Numbered from the stretch's first letter, positions 1 to 12,347 are shown. The stretch is 64,000 nucleotides of DNA from a bacterium (GCA_965219955.1 OZ244799.1:192001-256000); one strand, 5' to 3'. The notes: generated by a model not told the origin, from the sequence alone. Numbers and translations are program-made.

Positions 1-239
1 CGCTCGTGAAGGAAATGCACGACCAGGAGACCCGGCGGGCCTATCTCCAGAGCCTTCCGGCGAACCGCTACGGGGAGCCTGAGGAGGTGGCGGCCGCGGC
101 CGTCTATCTGGCGCTGCCGCTATCGGGCTACATCAACGGCGTGACGCTGCCGGTGGACGGCGGTTTCGCCGCAAGCGGCGTCCTCAAACGCGGCCCGGGA
201 CCGGGTGGACCCGAAGGATCCGGGACGACCGCCTCCTGA
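1..239 (+). CDS. SDR family oxidoreductase, C-terminal part (truncated at window edge)
   Basis: RYGEPEEVAAAAVYLA...YINGVTLPVDGG is a typical SDR C-terminus. Confidence 0.85.
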   Translation, partial: LVKEMHDQETRRAYLQSLPANRYGEPEEVAAAAVYLALPLSGYINGVTLPVDGGFAASGVLKRGPGPGGPEGSGTTAS

Positions 240-351
240 AGCGCGGCTGCCCAGAAACCCCTCGTAGGCAGCGAACGTTCCCACCCTGGTCCCGTTCGAC
301 CTTCGATACGCGGCTTCACCGCTACTCAGGATGAGGCGGTGCGGTTTTGCT

Positions 352-590
352 CGTCATTCCGGCGAAAGCCGGAATCCATTTTGACTTTTCACCGGGCGGT
401 TGGCCACGACCTTGTTGCTGCGCGGCGTCCAGATGCGGAATCCAGAGAATTCGCCTTTCGTTTTTGCGTTCGAGTCCGATCCTCCCCGCCCGGGCGTAAA
501 GACGTCCGAACGAGGAGGCGAAAAGGCAAAGGCGAAAATGGATTCCGGTCAATCCCTCCTTCCTCAGTCGGGACTGATGCCGGAATGACG
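352..590. repeat. Palindromic intergenic repeat, CGTCATTCCGGCGAAAGCCGGAATCCA family
   Basis: Ends are inverted (cgtcattccggc...gccggaatgacg); a second full copy lies at 19943-20080 and a half copy at 30895-30922. Confidence 0.8.
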
Positions 591-653
591 GATGTTGCGA
601 TCTCTCCAGAAGGGTGTCGTAGGGGCACTTCGGATTGAACGTGCGGGAGTCGT

Positions 654-683
654 GTAGGGCCAGACATATATGTCTGACCCTAC
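654..683. repeat. GTAG-type REP hairpin
   Basis: gtagggccagacatatatgtctgaccctac, near-perfect palindrome with GTAG/CTAC ends. Confidence 0.7.
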
Positions 684-731
684 AAAAGAATCCTGACCGA
701 GCCGCGAGGACTTTTTCAACAGCCCTTCCGG

Positions 732-1574
732 CTACCCTTTCACCGCGCCGGCCGTCATGCCGGCGATGATCTGCCGCGCGGAGAAGAAGGTGAAGACCAG
801 CGGCGGGATGACGATCAGCGTGCCCATCGCCATGATGCGCCCCCACTCGGGGCCCGAGTCCGTCAGGAACAGGCTGGTGGCGACAGGCAGCGTGCGCGTG
901 GTCCTGTCCGTCAGCAGCAGGGCCAGGATGAACTCGTTCCACGCGATCCGGAATACGAAGATGCCGGTCACCGCGTACCCGGCCTTCATCACCGGGAAGA
1001 GGACGCGGGTGAACACCTGCCAGGGCGTGGCCCCGTCGACGATGGCGGCTTCCTCGAGCTCGATCGGAACCTGCTTGACGAAGCCGTAGAGCAGCCAGAT
1101 GGCGAAGGGCAGGTTGAGCGCCGAGTAGAAGAAGACGAGACCCGAAAGCTGGTTCGCGATTCCCAGCACGATGGAGACCGCGAAGGCCGGGATCGCCAGC
1201 ACCGCCGGCGGTATCATGCGGACCAGGAGCGCCCCGTTGGCGATGGACTGGCGGCCGGGGAACTGCATGCGGGCCAGAGCGTAGGCCGCCATGCCGCCGG
1301 TCGTCAGCGTGATGAGGGTGGCCGAAACGCCCACGATGACGGAATTCAACAGATACCGGTCGAAGTGCGCATCGCCGATGATGTCGGCGTAGTTCTGAAG
1401 CGTGGGGAAGAAGAAAAACCACACAGGATTTCCGTCGAAGATCACCACCTCGTTTTTGAAGGACGTGCTGATCATGATGTAGATGGGCGTCAGGCATATG
1501 ATCGACAAGGCGATCAGCCCGGCGTAGTGAAATATCAGTCTCGCTTTCGTCGATTCGATGCGCATCGCCTTCAC
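732..1574 (-). CDS. Carbohydrate ABC transporter permease (MalG-like)
   Basis: EAA loop (ELEEAAIVDGAT), multiple TM helices. Confidence 0.93.
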   Translation of the reverse strand: MKAMRIESTKARLIFHYAGLIALSIICLTPIYIMISTSFKNEVVIFDGNPVWFFFFPTLQNYADIIGDAHFDRYLLNSVIVGVSATLITLTTGGMAAYALARMQFPGRQSIANGALLVRMIPPAVLAIPAFAVSIVLGIANQLSGLVFFYSALNLPFAIWLLYGFVKQVPIELEEAAIVDGATPWQVFTRVLFPVMKAGYAVTGIFVFRIAWNEFILALLLTDRTTRTLPVATSLFLTDSGPEWGRIMAMGTLIVIPPLVFTFFSARQIIAGMTAGAVKG

Positions 1575-1575
1575 C

Positions 1576-2487
1576 TCACACGTCGGCGCGGGATTTCATG
1601 GGGTTGCTGATCAGCAGGATCGCCAGGCTGAGCGCGAAGACGATCAGCAGCAGGAGGACGGAGATGGCCGCCGCATAGCCGAGTTGCTGGGCGTCGAAGG
1701 CGGTCTTGTAGACGTGCAGCGACAGCAGTTCCGTCGCCAGTCCCGGCCCGCCTTCCGTCAGGATCAACATGACCTCCAGCCCCTTGAATACGTCGATGAG
1801 ACGGAGCAGGAGGGCGATGATCAGGATCGAGCGGATCATCGGCAGCTTTACCAGGAAGATCTGCTGCCACGTATTGGCGCCGTCGATGCGCGATGCTTCG
1901 AGCACCTCCGAGGGCAGCGCCTGGAGGCCGGCGATCACGATGATGAAGACGAACGGCGTCCACTGCCAGATGTCCGTGAAGACGATGGCGAAAAACGCGA
2001 GGTGCGGCTCCCCCAGCCAGATCAGCGGCTCGAAGCCGGCGAGCTCCAGGTAATGGTTGATCCAGCCCGCCCGGGCGTCGAACAGGTAGCGCCATACCAA
2101 TCCGACCACCACGGGCGAAATCATGAGCGGCATGATGAAGATCGTCCGGAATACGGACGCGCCGCGAATCGGTTTCTCGAGCAGCAGGGCCAGCGCGACC
2201 CCCAGCGTCATCTCGATGGTGATCGTGAAGAAGCCGAACTTGAACGTCACCCACATGGATTCCTGGACGTTTTCGTCGCCGAGCATGCGCAGATAGTTGT
2301 CCGCGCCAATGAACTCCGCCGTGGACATCGGCGTGCCGATCGCCCAGTCCTGCATGCTGAGCAACAGTCCCTGGAAGACGGGGTAGATGAGGCCCGCGCC
2401 CATGAGCAGGACGGCGGGCGCGACGAACAGGTAGCCGACGATCCACCGCCGCATGCCCGTTGCGACCGGAGGGGCAGGGTCGCTCAT
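1576..2487 (-). CDS. Carbohydrate ABC transporter permease (MalF/UgpA-like)
   Basis: DIWQWTPF and EASRIDGA motifs. Confidence 0.93.
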   Translation of the reverse strand: MSDPAPPVATGMRRWIVGYLFVAPAVLLMGAGLIYPVFQGLLLSMQDWAIGTPMSTAEFIGADNYLRMLGDENVQESMWVTFKFGFFTITIEMTLGVALALLLEKPIRGASVFRTIFIMPLMISPVVVGLVWRYLFDARAGWINHYLELAGFEPLIWLGEPHLAFFAIVFTDIWQWTPFVFIIVIAGLQALPSEVLEASRIDGANTWQQIFLVKLPMIRSILIIALLLRLIDVFKGLEVMLILTEGGPGLATELLSLHVYKTAFDAQQLGYAAAISVLLLLIVFALSLAILLISNPMKSRADV

Positions 2488-2569
2488 GGTGAGCGTCCCG
2501 GGAGGCGGCTGCCTGCGAGCGAAGCGCCTCCCCCGGCAGGGCCGGGGGAGGCGGGATCAGGGGTTTCGG

Positions 2570-3925
2570 CTACTTGGAAGATATCGACTGCCACTGATAG
2601 TAGCCCTCGCGTTTCATGACGGCGCGCGCCTGCTCCGCCGCCTTGTCCAGAATCGGCTTGATGGGCTTGTCGGAGGTCAGGACCTGGTGCAGCGCGATGC
2701 CGAGCACCTTGATGTTCAGCTCGTTCCACTCGGGGATCAGCGGCCGCCAGTCCGGGTCGGCGCATTTGAGTTGTTCCGCGATCACCGGGTATTCCGGGAA
2801 CTTCTTGGAGAACACCGGATCGGTGAGCGTGGAAATGCGGATCGGGTCGCCGCCGAGCTCGACGATCCGCCGGTCGGCCTTCTTCGAGGTCATCCACTGG
2901 ATGAACAGGAACGCCGCCTCCTTGTTCTTCGAGTTGGCCGGTATGCCCATGGCGAAACCGCCCGTCTCGGAGCCGCACTGGACGTCGGTCGGGTGGAGCG
3001 CGTAGCCGACCTTGCCGACGACCTTCGATTGCTTCGGGTCGCGCGCCCGGGCGGCGATCTTCAGCGAGTCGATGTACATGGCGGCGTCGCCGTGCAGGAA
3101 CGCCTTGGACGCTTCGCCGTAGCTGTAGGAGGGAATGCCGCGCGGGCCGTACTTCACCGTCTCGCGCAGGAACTCCGCGGTCTTCACGCCGGCGGGGCTG
3201 TTGAAGACGGGCTCCCACTTGTCGTTGAAGACGCGGGCGCCCATGGGCGCCGCATGGAACAGCCAGGCGGCCGTGACCTGGTGTCCGGTCTTGCCGCGCA
3301 TGGTGAGGCCGCCCATTCCGGTCTTCTCCTTGATGGTCTTCGCCGCCTTGCGGACGTCGGCGTAGGTCTTCGGCACGGCGAGGCCCAGCTTCTTGAACAC
3401 GTCCTTGCGATAAGCCAGGATCGAGGTCTCGGCGCCGAACGGCAGGCCGTAGAGCGCACCCGACTTGCCGGGGAGATAGCCCTTCTTGCCGCCGACGATG
3501 CCGCCGTTCTGGATGTAGGCGTCGGAGATGTCTTCGATGTCGAAGTTCGGGTCGACGAACGCGGGGCTGGTGAAGAACTGCGAGAGGGGCGTCAGCAGGC
3601 CCTTCGCCACGTACTCGCCCTTCCACATCACCACCCAGGCGACGACGTCGAAGTCGCCGTCTTTCTTGCTCATCTCCAGAAGCTGGCGATTCCGCATCTT
3701 GAGGTACTGGGAGTAGTCGATCTCGACCTTGATACCCGTTTCCTTGGTGAATTCGGCGACCAGTTGCTTGGCCTTCTTGAAGTGCGAATTCGAGGGCCAG
3801 CTGACCACCAGCGTCTTGCCCTTGTACTTCTCGTAGGGGTTGGCCAGCAGCGTCGAGGCGCTGAGCGTCAGGGCCAGGGCCGCCGCAAGCGCGACCAGCC
3901 CTTTGATCCGGAATTTCGATTTCAT
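2570..3925 (-). CDS. Sugar ABC transporter substrate-binding protein (family 1)
   Basis: Signal peptide, LYGLPF and EAAFLFIQW motifs, operon context. Confidence 0.9.
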   Translation of the reverse strand: MKSKFRIKGLVALAAALALTLSASTLLANPYEKYKGKTLVVSWPSNSHFKKAKQLVAEFTKETGIKVEIDYSQYLKMRNRQLLEMSKKDGDFDVVAWVVMWKGEYVAKGLLTPLSQFFTSPAFVDPNFDIEDISDAYIQNGGIVGGKKGYLPGKSGALYGLPFGAETSILAYRKDVFKKLGLAVPKTYADVRKAAKTIKEKTGMGGLTMRGKTGHQVTAAWLFHAAPMGARVFNDKWEPVFNSPAGVKTAEFLRETVKYGPRGIPSYSYGEASKAFLHGDAAMYIDSLKIAARARDPKQSKVVGKVGYALHPTDVQCGSETGGFAMGIPANSKNKEAAFLFIQWMTSKKADRRIVELGGDPIRISTLTDPVFSKKFPEYPVIAEQLKCADPDWRPLIPEWNELNIKVLGIALHQVLTSDKPIKPILDKAAEQARAVMKREGYYQWQSISSK

Positions 3926-3950
3926 GGTTTCCTCCTTATCAGGTTAGTAA

Positions 3951-5075
3951 TTAAAACGTCCCGGCCCGAGCGGCAGGCTTGAGCGCGAGACCGGTCTCCT
4001 TCTCGAACAGGTAGAGCCTCTCCGTTTCGAAATAATAGGTGCCCGACTCCATCCGCCCGTGTTCGGGGCCTGCTTCCACGGAGACGGAAATCCGTTGCTC
4101 GCCAATGCGCGCGGCGAGAAACTGGTTGGAGCCGACATACTCGGCGACGTCGACCGTGAGCTGCACCGGGGCCGTGGCGCCGCCCGAATACCTCGCCCCC
4201 GTCGAGGAGAAATGCTCGGGGCGCAGGCCCGCGACGACTTCACGGGATTCGCCGCTGCCGAGGCTCTCGTGGAAGGCCCTGGGAACCGGCAGTTCGAAGC
4301 CGTCTCCGACGATTACGAGTTCCGAACCTTCCCGCCTGATCTCTCCGTCCAGCATGTTCATGGCCGGCGAGCCGATGAAGCCGGCGACGAACCGGTTGAC
4401 CGGATGATTGTAGACCTCGGGCGGCGTGCCGATCTGCTGAATGACTCCCTCGTCCATGACCACGATGCGGTCGGCCATGGTCATGGCCTCGATCTGGTCG
4501 TGGGTCACATAGATCATGGTGCGGTCGAGTTGCTTGTGCAGCAGCGCCAGCTCGGTGCGCATCTGGGCGCGGAGCTTGGCGTCGAGGTTCGAGAGGGGTT
4601 CGTCGAAGAGGAAGCAATAGGCGTCGCGCACGATGGCGCGGCCCATGGCGACGCGCTGGCGCTGCCCGCCCGAAAGTTCCCGCGGCTGGCGGTGCAGCAG
4701 TTCGGAGAGACCGAGCATTTCCGCGGCGCGCGCCACCCGTGCCGCGATCTCCGCTTTTGGAAACTTGGCGAGGCGAAGCGAGAACGACATGTTGCCCGCC
4801 ACGTCCATGTGCGGATAGAGCGCGTAGGACTGGAACACCATGGTGATGTCGCGGGCCTTGGGAGGCGCATGGGTGACGTCTTTTCCGGCGATCATGATCC
4901 GGCCCGCCGAGACTTCCTCGAGACCGGCGATCATGCGAAGCGTCGTGGACTTTCCGCAGCCCGAGGGGCCGACCAGCACCGCGAATTCGCCTTCTTCGAT
5001 CTGCAGGTTCAGATCGGTGATGACGGTGACCCGGCCGAACCGCTTCGTCACGTCGATGAGATCAACGGCAGCCAT
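3951..5075 (-). CDS. Sugar ABC transporter ATP-binding protein (MalK/UgpC-like)
   Basis: Walker A GPSGCGKS, LSGGQRQR signature, DEPLSNLDA, TOBE-like C-terminus. Confidence 0.95.
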   Translation of the reverse strand: MAAVDLIDVTKRFGRVTVITDLNLQIEEGEFAVLVGPSGCGKSTTLRMIAGLEEVSAGRIMIAGKDVTHAPPKARDITMVFQSYALYPHMDVAGNMSFSLRLAKFPKAEIAARVARAAEMLGLSELLHRQPRELSGGQRQRVAMGRAIVRDAYCFLFDEPLSNLDAKLRAQMRTELALLHKQLDRTMIYVTHDQIEAMTMADRIVVMDEGVIQQIGTPPEVYNHPVNRFVAGFIGSPAMNMLDGEIRREGSELVIVGDGFELPVPRAFHESLGSGESREVVAGLRPEHFSSTGARYSGGATAPVQLTVDVAEYVGSNQFLAARIGEQRISVSVEAGPEHGRMESGTYYFETERLYLFEKETGLALKPAARAGTF

Positions 5076-5500
5076 GACTCCCCTTTTCCGGCTCCGGCGA
5101 CCCCGATTTCCGCATGACGGAGAATCTTCCCGTATCGCTCAAGGCCGATCGTCGCATGCCCCGCACCTGTGCGAACCACGAGTTTGAGGAACTTCCTTTC
5201 GCTCTGATCTCTCTATTGTGCTTTATTGTGCGCGTGTAGGGCAAACCGGAAATAATTGCGATGGTCTGAAAATTGATGGAACCGGCCCCGGGCAGGTGGT
5301 TTGCGCATGCCGGAATCCGGAACCGGCGAGGCCGCCGGTATCGCAAGACGACGCGAAGGGAGGCCCCGGGACGATGAGGCGAAAAGGCGGCGGTCAAATC
5401 CCTGGATTCCGCATTCTCCTCCGCATCGGGCGGGAGCGGCGCCGGAAAGGCGCCTGAAGGCCGTGAATTCTCCCATCGGCCGGGGAGCCCCCCCCTCATC

Positions 5501-5797
5501 GGGGTTGTTGAAAAAGCCTGGCCTGCCTCTCCGCAAACCGCCAACGCCTCTTTCCTCACCCTGAGTAGCCGCCGAAGGCGGCGTATCGAAGGGCGCGGGG
5601 AGTCGAACGCCTCGCGCCGGGCGAGAGAGCATCCTTCGATACGGCGCTTACGCGCCTGTTCAGGATGAGGGCTGTCGGAGAACGGCGGAGCCTGCCCCGA
5701 GCGAAGTCGAGGGGCCGCTACCCAGGATGAGGCGGAGCGGTGGGCTGCGCAGGACGAGGAGGGGGATTGCGCCGCATGGGGGTTTTTTCAACAGCCT
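5501..5797. mobile_element. MITE-like element with TGTTGAAAAA...TTTTTCAACA ends carrying a CTTCGATACG-family palindrome
   Basis: ggggttgttgaaaaagcc at left, ggttttttcaacagcc at right; no transposase ORF. Confidence 0.55.
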
Positions 5798-5867
5798 CTC
5801 ATCGGTCGGGTTTGATTTCTCGCAATCATGGAGGCCGTCCCCCCGGTCGGTAAACACTCGCTCCTCG

Positions 5868-5963
5868 GGGGATGTTGAAAAGCCCTGATTTCGTGATTCG
5901 GCACATGGAGCCGACCGGAGAGGGAGGAGTGGTTCCTCTCTCCCAGGACTTTTTCAACAGCCC
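5868..5963. mobile_element. Short MITE-like element with the same TIR family
   Basis: ggggatgttgaaaagccc ... ggactttttcaacagccc. Confidence 0.5.
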
Positions 5964-6423
5964 TCCTCGCTCGCGTTTGACCCTGTATTTGCCGTCACGG
6001 GTTTTTCGCGTCGATGGAGTATGCTGGAGAGGCCGCCGCCGGCCTTCGTTTTTCTGGTCGCGGAGACGGCGCGGATCGCAGGAGTCGGGGGAACACTCCG
6101 GCAAGATGCAGAACCCGAAAAATGCAAAAAATAATATCTGAAAAATTCGATAAAATTGGATAAATTCACGGGGTTTTTCGATAAATAACCACAAATTATT
6201 TTAGGGGGATAAGACGCCGCGGAATCCGGGCGCAGGGGAATTCTGCCATGGCCCGCCAGGCCGGCGATAACGGCAAATGCGGGGAAGTGCTGCGAGTTGC
6301 GCCCCCGCCTAGCGTGTCCGCCCGGCGATTCCCGGGGAAAGTCAGTCGTCGCTGAATGGCGCGCGGCGCCCGCCTTTCGAGCGCAGCATCTCAGGGCATG
6401 ATGCCATAAGCATTTGATTTCGC

Positions 6424-7200
6424 TTATTTTCCCTGAAAATCAGCGGCTCTTTTCTCGAGGAACGCGGAGGCGCCCTCGACCTTGTCCTCCGTCGTCATGA
6501 GGCAGGCCTGGCCGAGGCGCTCGGCCACCATGCCCGCCTCGGGGCCGAATTTTAAGCCGGTGTTGATGGCGATCTTCGCGATGCGCACCGCCAGCGGCCC
6601 CTTGCTCATCATCTTTTTCGCGCATTTGCGCGCAGCTTCCAGCAGTTCCCCGGCCGGGACGACCTGGTTCACCAGCCCGATGCGGTGGGCCTCTTGCGCG
6701 TCGATGATATCGCCCGTCAGGATGAGTTCCTTCGCCTTGCCGACGCCCACCAGGGAGGCGAGCCTCTGGGTGCCGCCCGCTCCGGGCATGATGCCGAGAT
6801 TGACCTCTGGTTGCCCGAACCGGGCGGTTTCGCTCGCGATGCGGACGTCGCAAGCCATTGAAAGTTCACACCCTCCGCCCAAGGCGAAGCCGTTGACCGC
6901 GGCGATGACGGGTTTCTCGATCACCTCGAGCCGCATGAGGGCGCGTTGCGAGGGGGCCGCCAGCCCGTCGATGAGGCTTCGCTCCTTGATCTGGGCGATG
7001 TCCGAACCCGCGGCGAAGCATTTATCGCCGGCGCCCGTGAAGATGATGACCCCCACCCCATCGTCCGCTTCGAGTTCTTCCACAACGGCGCCCACTTCGC
7101 GCCAGGTCCGGGGGTCGAGCGCGTTTCTCTTCTCGGGGCGGTTGATGGTGATGAGCGCCATTCCTCCCGATTTCTCGATCAACAGGTTTTCGTACGGCAT
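6424..7200 (-). CDS. Enoyl-CoA hydratase/crotonase family protein
   Basis: FAAGSDI, AVNGFALGGGCEL, FGQPEVNLGIMPGAGGTQRL; ATG at 7200 follows a GGAG RBS. Confidence 0.93.
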   Translation of the reverse strand: MPYENLLIEKSGGMALITINRPEKRNALDPRTWREVGAVVEELEADDGVGVIIFTGAGDKCFAAGSDIAQIKERSLIDGLAAPSQRALMRLEVIEKPVIAAVNGFALGGGCELSMACDVRIASETARFGQPEVNLGIMPGAGGTQRLASLVGVGKAKELILTGDIIDAQEAHRIGLVNQVVPAGELLEAARKCAKKMMSKGPLAVRIAKIAINTGLKFGPEAGMVAERLGQACLMTTEDKVEGASAFLEKRAADFQGK

Positions 7201-7435
7201 TTCGATGAACTCCTTTCGCGTTGCGTATGTGAGGTTCTCCATCGCGGGGAGAAGTACGTAAGCCCTGATTCGGCGAGAAGATAGCCTATGGCGCGGCGTT
7301 CGTCATCCGGCGATGCGACAGGAGGGACGATTGCAAGGAGTTTCAGAAAATTTTCTCGCGCCGGGTTCCCCGCCCGATCGATCGCGCATCGCTAAATGAA
7401 GAAGAATCAGCGGTTTGGAAGGCAAGTCCATGTTG

Positions 7436-7462
7436 TTAGCAGCCGGGTACCTCGAGTGCTAA
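7436..7462 (+). promoter_or_regulatory. CIRCE element (HrcA operator)
   Basis: TTAGCAgcC-N9-GAGTGCTAA, 2 mismatches to TTAGCACTC-N9-GAGTGCTAA, directly upstream of groES. Confidence 0.85.
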
Positions 7463-7468
7463 TAACGC

Positions 7469-7497
7469 TTGACAAACATTCTCATTTTCCATATACA
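7469..7497 (+). promoter_or_regulatory. sigma70-type promoter of groESL
   Basis: TTGACA-17bp-TATACA. Confidence 0.65.
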
Positions 7498-7613
7498 CTC
7501 GCTCAGAAACGAGGGGTCGAACATTCGGGTGGTGAGTTTCCGGAAACACGACTCCAGGCAACAAACGGCTTCGATGAAATCAGCAGCATTTTTCTACTGA
7601 CAAGGAGGAAGTG

Positions 7614-7916
7614 ATGGCAAAGACGAAAACCAGGATACAGCCTCTTCAGGATCGCATTTTGGTGAAGCGTCTGGATGAAGAAGAGGAACAGATCGGCGGG
7701 ATCATCATCCCTGATTCCGCAAAAGAAAAACCTCAGGAGGGGGAAGTGATCGCCGTCGGCCCCGGCAAGGTGACCGATGACGGGAAAAGGCAGGCGCCCG
7801 AAGTGAGCGAGGGCGACAAAATTCTTTTCGCCAAGTATGCGGGCACCGAGGTGAAGTCCGATGGCGAAGAGTATCTGATCATGCGCGAAGACGATGTGCT
7901 GGCGGTCGTCAACTAG
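7614..7916 (+). CDS. groES: Co-chaperonin GroES
   Basis: [27 protein letters not shown]. Confidence 0.98.
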   Translation: MAKTKTRIQPLQDRILVKRLDEEEEQIGGIIIPDSAKEKPQEGEVIAVGPGKVTDDGKRQAPEVSEGDKILFAKYAGTEVKSDGEEYLIMREDDVLAVVN

Positions 7917-9590
<1,674 letters not shown>

Positions 9591-9609
9591 GTTGTTGTCT
9601 TGAAGTTCG

Positions 9610-9639
9610 AAGGGGGCCTCCGAGAGGCCCCCTTTTTTT
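9610..9639 (+). terminator. Intrinsic terminator after groEL
   Basis: agggggcctc-cga-gaggccccct followed by a T run. Confidence 0.9.
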
Positions 9640-9794
9640 GTGGAGAATTGTTACCGAGTGTCTTTTTGAGCATCTTTAACGGAAGTCGAGTGTCTGATAA
9701 AATTACAGTCCAGAGAGTTTCTGGTGGCTCACTCCTCTGGTTTACCTCCTCGTACGCATTCAGGCGATGACGGAGATCGGGTGGAGGGGAACAT

Positions 9795-11522
9795 ATGGGG
9801 AAAACTGAGTCGAAAAAGTTCTCTCTCTCGCTTTTCTTGCTCTCGCTATTTCTGCACCTGTTCGTATTCGCGGCATCGAGTCATGAATACGTTTGGAAAA
9901 TTCCTGATCGAGCGAGCCGTCCACTCAAATTTCGAGTCGTGTCCGTCGAGAAACCTGAGGAAAAACTCCCCCCGAACCTCCAGAGTCGGTTTTTATCGAC
10001 TGCCAACCGAAAAGAAAGTGGCGTCGGCAAACCCAGCAAGACCCCGCGCTTAAGGCGCGAAGATAGAGACCAGCTTCCTTCTCGCAGGGGTGTCGTTAGC
10101 CCTGAGGCAGCGTCTTTGGCGCCGGCTCCAAAGTCGAAGGCTCCACCTCCAGCCGTCCTGCCGGTGAGCCCCGAGCCCCCTGCAGTCGTAACGCCGAAAC
10201 CTGAACCGAAGAAGGTGGAAAAATTACAGGAAAGGAAAGCTCCTGAAACTTCGGAGATAACGGAAACGCCAAGGCCCATCGAAACGGCGAGTCTTGCCCC
10301 GGCGCCAGAGCCTTCGGTCAAGACCCCGCCGCCCGCGATTCCAGAAAAGGTGACACCGAAAGCAAAGCCGACGACAACCCAAAAGCCCGAGAGAGAAAAA
10401 AAAGAAGCCGAAGCGATTCCGAAGATCGAGAACAAACCCAGGCCGGTGGTCGAGAAAGAAACGGTGAATGTGGTTGCAGAGAAAAAGCCTCGAAAGGAGA
10501 GCCGGGAAATCGAGGCGAAGAAAAAAAACAAAGAGGAACTCAGCTTGGCCGCATTGCCCCCGGCCCCGAAGCCGAAGGCCCGAGTTCCAGCCGCCCTGCC
10601 GGTGAGTCCAAAACCCCCGGCAGTCGCAACGCCGAAACCTGAACCCAAGAAGGTGGAAAAATCGAAGGAAAAGAAAGCCCCTGAAACTTTGGAAACCAAG
10701 GAAACGCCAAAGCCGAAGGAAATGGCGGGACTTGCCCCGGCGCCCGAGCCTTTACCCAAGCCGTCGCCGCCTGTTCATAGAGAAAACATAAAACCAAAAC
10801 CAAAAGCAAAGCCGAAGGCAGAAGACAATCCGGAAAAGAAGAAAATAGAAACCAAAACGCTTCCCAAAAAGAAGCCCGAACCCGAGCCGGTGGTCAAGAA
10901 AAAAGCGGTAAAGAAGGTTGTCAAAAAGAAGGTTGCCAAGGAAAAGCCTCGAAAGGAGAGCGAGAAAGTCGAAGCGAAGAAACGGACGAAGGAGAAGGTT
11001 GAACTGGCCGCGCTGAAGCCGGTTCCTCGACCTGTCCGGCCGCTGCGACCAGCCCCCAAGCGCCCTCAACCACCTCAACCAAAGGATCCCTTGGCGCTGT
11101 TTCGAGTGAAGCCCCGGCCTGGTGGCAAACCCAAGCTACCTAAATTCGATCTCTCAGACGAGGTAGCGGACAGAATCGCCAAAAGAAGCTTATCGGATGA
11201 AGACCCGGGGAAAGAAGAAGGAGAAACCATTTCGCTGGACACCCGTGATTTTCGGTACGCTTCTTATTTCGCTCATATCAAGCGGAGAATCCAAAACGCC
11301 TGGATATGGCCTGCCGAGGCGCAAAAAAACAGGGGCGAGTTGTTGTTGCGCTTTAAGCTGCGAAAAAACGGAACTTTGGAGGAAGTGCGCCTGATCAAGT
11401 CCGCGGGGGTTCGCATCCTCGATGATCTGGCGATGGCCGCCGTCACCAAGGCGGCGCCGTTCAATCCGTTTCCAGAAGGTCTTGAACGCAAGTCGATTAC
11501 CGCCACGTTCGTCTATGAGTGA
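9795..11522 (+). CDS. TonB/TolA-family energy transducer with a long Pro/Lys/Glu-rich linker
   Basis: N-terminal TM with SxxxH (LSLFLH), C-terminal TonB domain (YFAHIKRRIQNAWIWP...SAGVRILDDLAMAAV...AAPFNPFP). Confidence 0.85.
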   Translation: MGKTESKKFSLSLFLLSLFLHLFVFAASSHEYVWKIPDRASRPLKFRVVSVEKPEEKLPPNLQSRFLSTANRKESGVGKPSKTPRLRREDRDQLPSRRGVVSPEAASLAPAPKSKAPPPAVLPVSPEPPAVVTPKPEPKKVEKLQERKAPETSEITETPRPIETASLAPAPEPSVKTPPPAIPEKVTPKAKPTTTQKPEREKKEAEAIPKIENKPRPVVEKETVNVVAEKKPRKESREIEAKKKNKEELSLAALPPAPKPKARVPAALPVSPKPPAVATPKPEPKKVEKSKEKKAPETLETKETPKPKEMAGLAPAPEPLPKPSPPVHRENIKPKPKAKPKAEDNPEKKKIETKTLPKKKPEPEPVVKKKAVKKVVKKKVAKEKPRKESEKVEAKKRTKEKVELAALKPVPRPVRPLRPAPKRPQPPQPKDPLALFRVKPRPGGKPKLPKFDLSDEVADRIAKRSLSDEDPGKEEGETISLDTRDFRYASYFAHIKRRIQNAWIWPAEAQKNRGELLLRFKLRKNGTLEEVRLIKSAGVRILDDLAMAAVTKAAPFNPFPEGLERKSITATFVYE

Positions 11523-11563
11523 GCCGGGGGCATCGTTTCCGAATTTTGGGGCGATCTATTTGG

Positions 11564-11592
11564 TTGACACCTGCAAGTGCTGATTTTAGGAT
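11564..11592 (+). promoter_or_regulatory. sigma70-type promoter
   Basis: TTGACA-17bp-TAGGAT upstream of the MntR-like gene. Confidence 0.6.
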
Positions 11593-11631
11593 GATTTTTT
11601 TCCGATTCACTGCTAATCAGAGGGTCACCCT

Positions 11632-12303
11632 TTGTCCGAATCATCGCCGCGGTTGAGCAAGCAAATCGAAGATTATCTGAAGAACATCTTCAAGCTGCAG
11701 CAGGATGCATCTCCTGTTACCACGAGTGCGATCGCGGATTGCATGGAAATATCGGCGGCATCGGTAACGAGCATGGTCAAGAAACTCGATCACCAGGGGC
11801 TGCTCACATATACACCGTATAAGGGGGTCGTTTTAAGCTCAAGGGGAGAGAAAGTCGCCCTGGAGATTATTCGGCATCATCGGTTGCTCGAACTGTATCT
11901 CAACCAAAAGATGGGGATTGAATGGGACAAGGTGGATGTCGAAGCGGAAGAATTGGAGCATGTCCTGAGTGAGGAGCTGGAAGCAGTTTTGGACAAGGAA
12001 CTCGGCTATCCCACCCTGGATCCCCATGGGGATCCGATCCCCGCCAAAGACGGCACCATGATTGACACGAACGAAATCGTTCTCCTCTCTCTCGAGGTGG
12101 GGCGGGTAACGAAAATCACCCGCGTATTGCAGGATGATCCGAATATATTGCGGTACCTGGGAGAGCTTGGGTTTTTCCCCGAAATGCCCATAGAGGTCAT
12201 CGAACAATCACCCCTCGCCGGTACGGTAACGTTGCTGGTAAATGGAAACAGGCATACGTTGGGTCGTGATATCGCCTCTCGAATTTTCGCACTGAATGAA
12301 TAA
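11632..12303 (+). CDS. DtxR/MntR-family metal-dependent repressor with FeoA domain
   Basis: EDYLK, RHHRLLELYL, EAEELEH, DPHGDPIP. Confidence 0.93.
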   Translation: MSESSPRLSKQIEDYLKNIFKLQQDASPVTTSAIADCMEISAASVTSMVKKLDHQGLLTYTPYKGVVLSSRGEKVALEIIRHHRLLELYLNQKMGIEWDKVDVEAEELEHVLSEELEAVLDKELGYPTLDPHGDPIPAKDGTMIDTNEIVLLSLEVGRVTKITRVLQDDPNILRYLGELGFFPEMPIEVIEQSPLAGTVTLLVNGNRHTLGRDIASRIFALNE

Positions 12304-12347
12304 AACCACCATCGTTGCGTTCTTAAGCAATTTCATGAGGAGAAGAC

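Noticed and set aside
5062-6420. Short ORFs upstream of the ABC operon
   Set aside because: They are translations of repeat elements (LLKKP, WIPAFAGMT-type peptides) and promoter DNA
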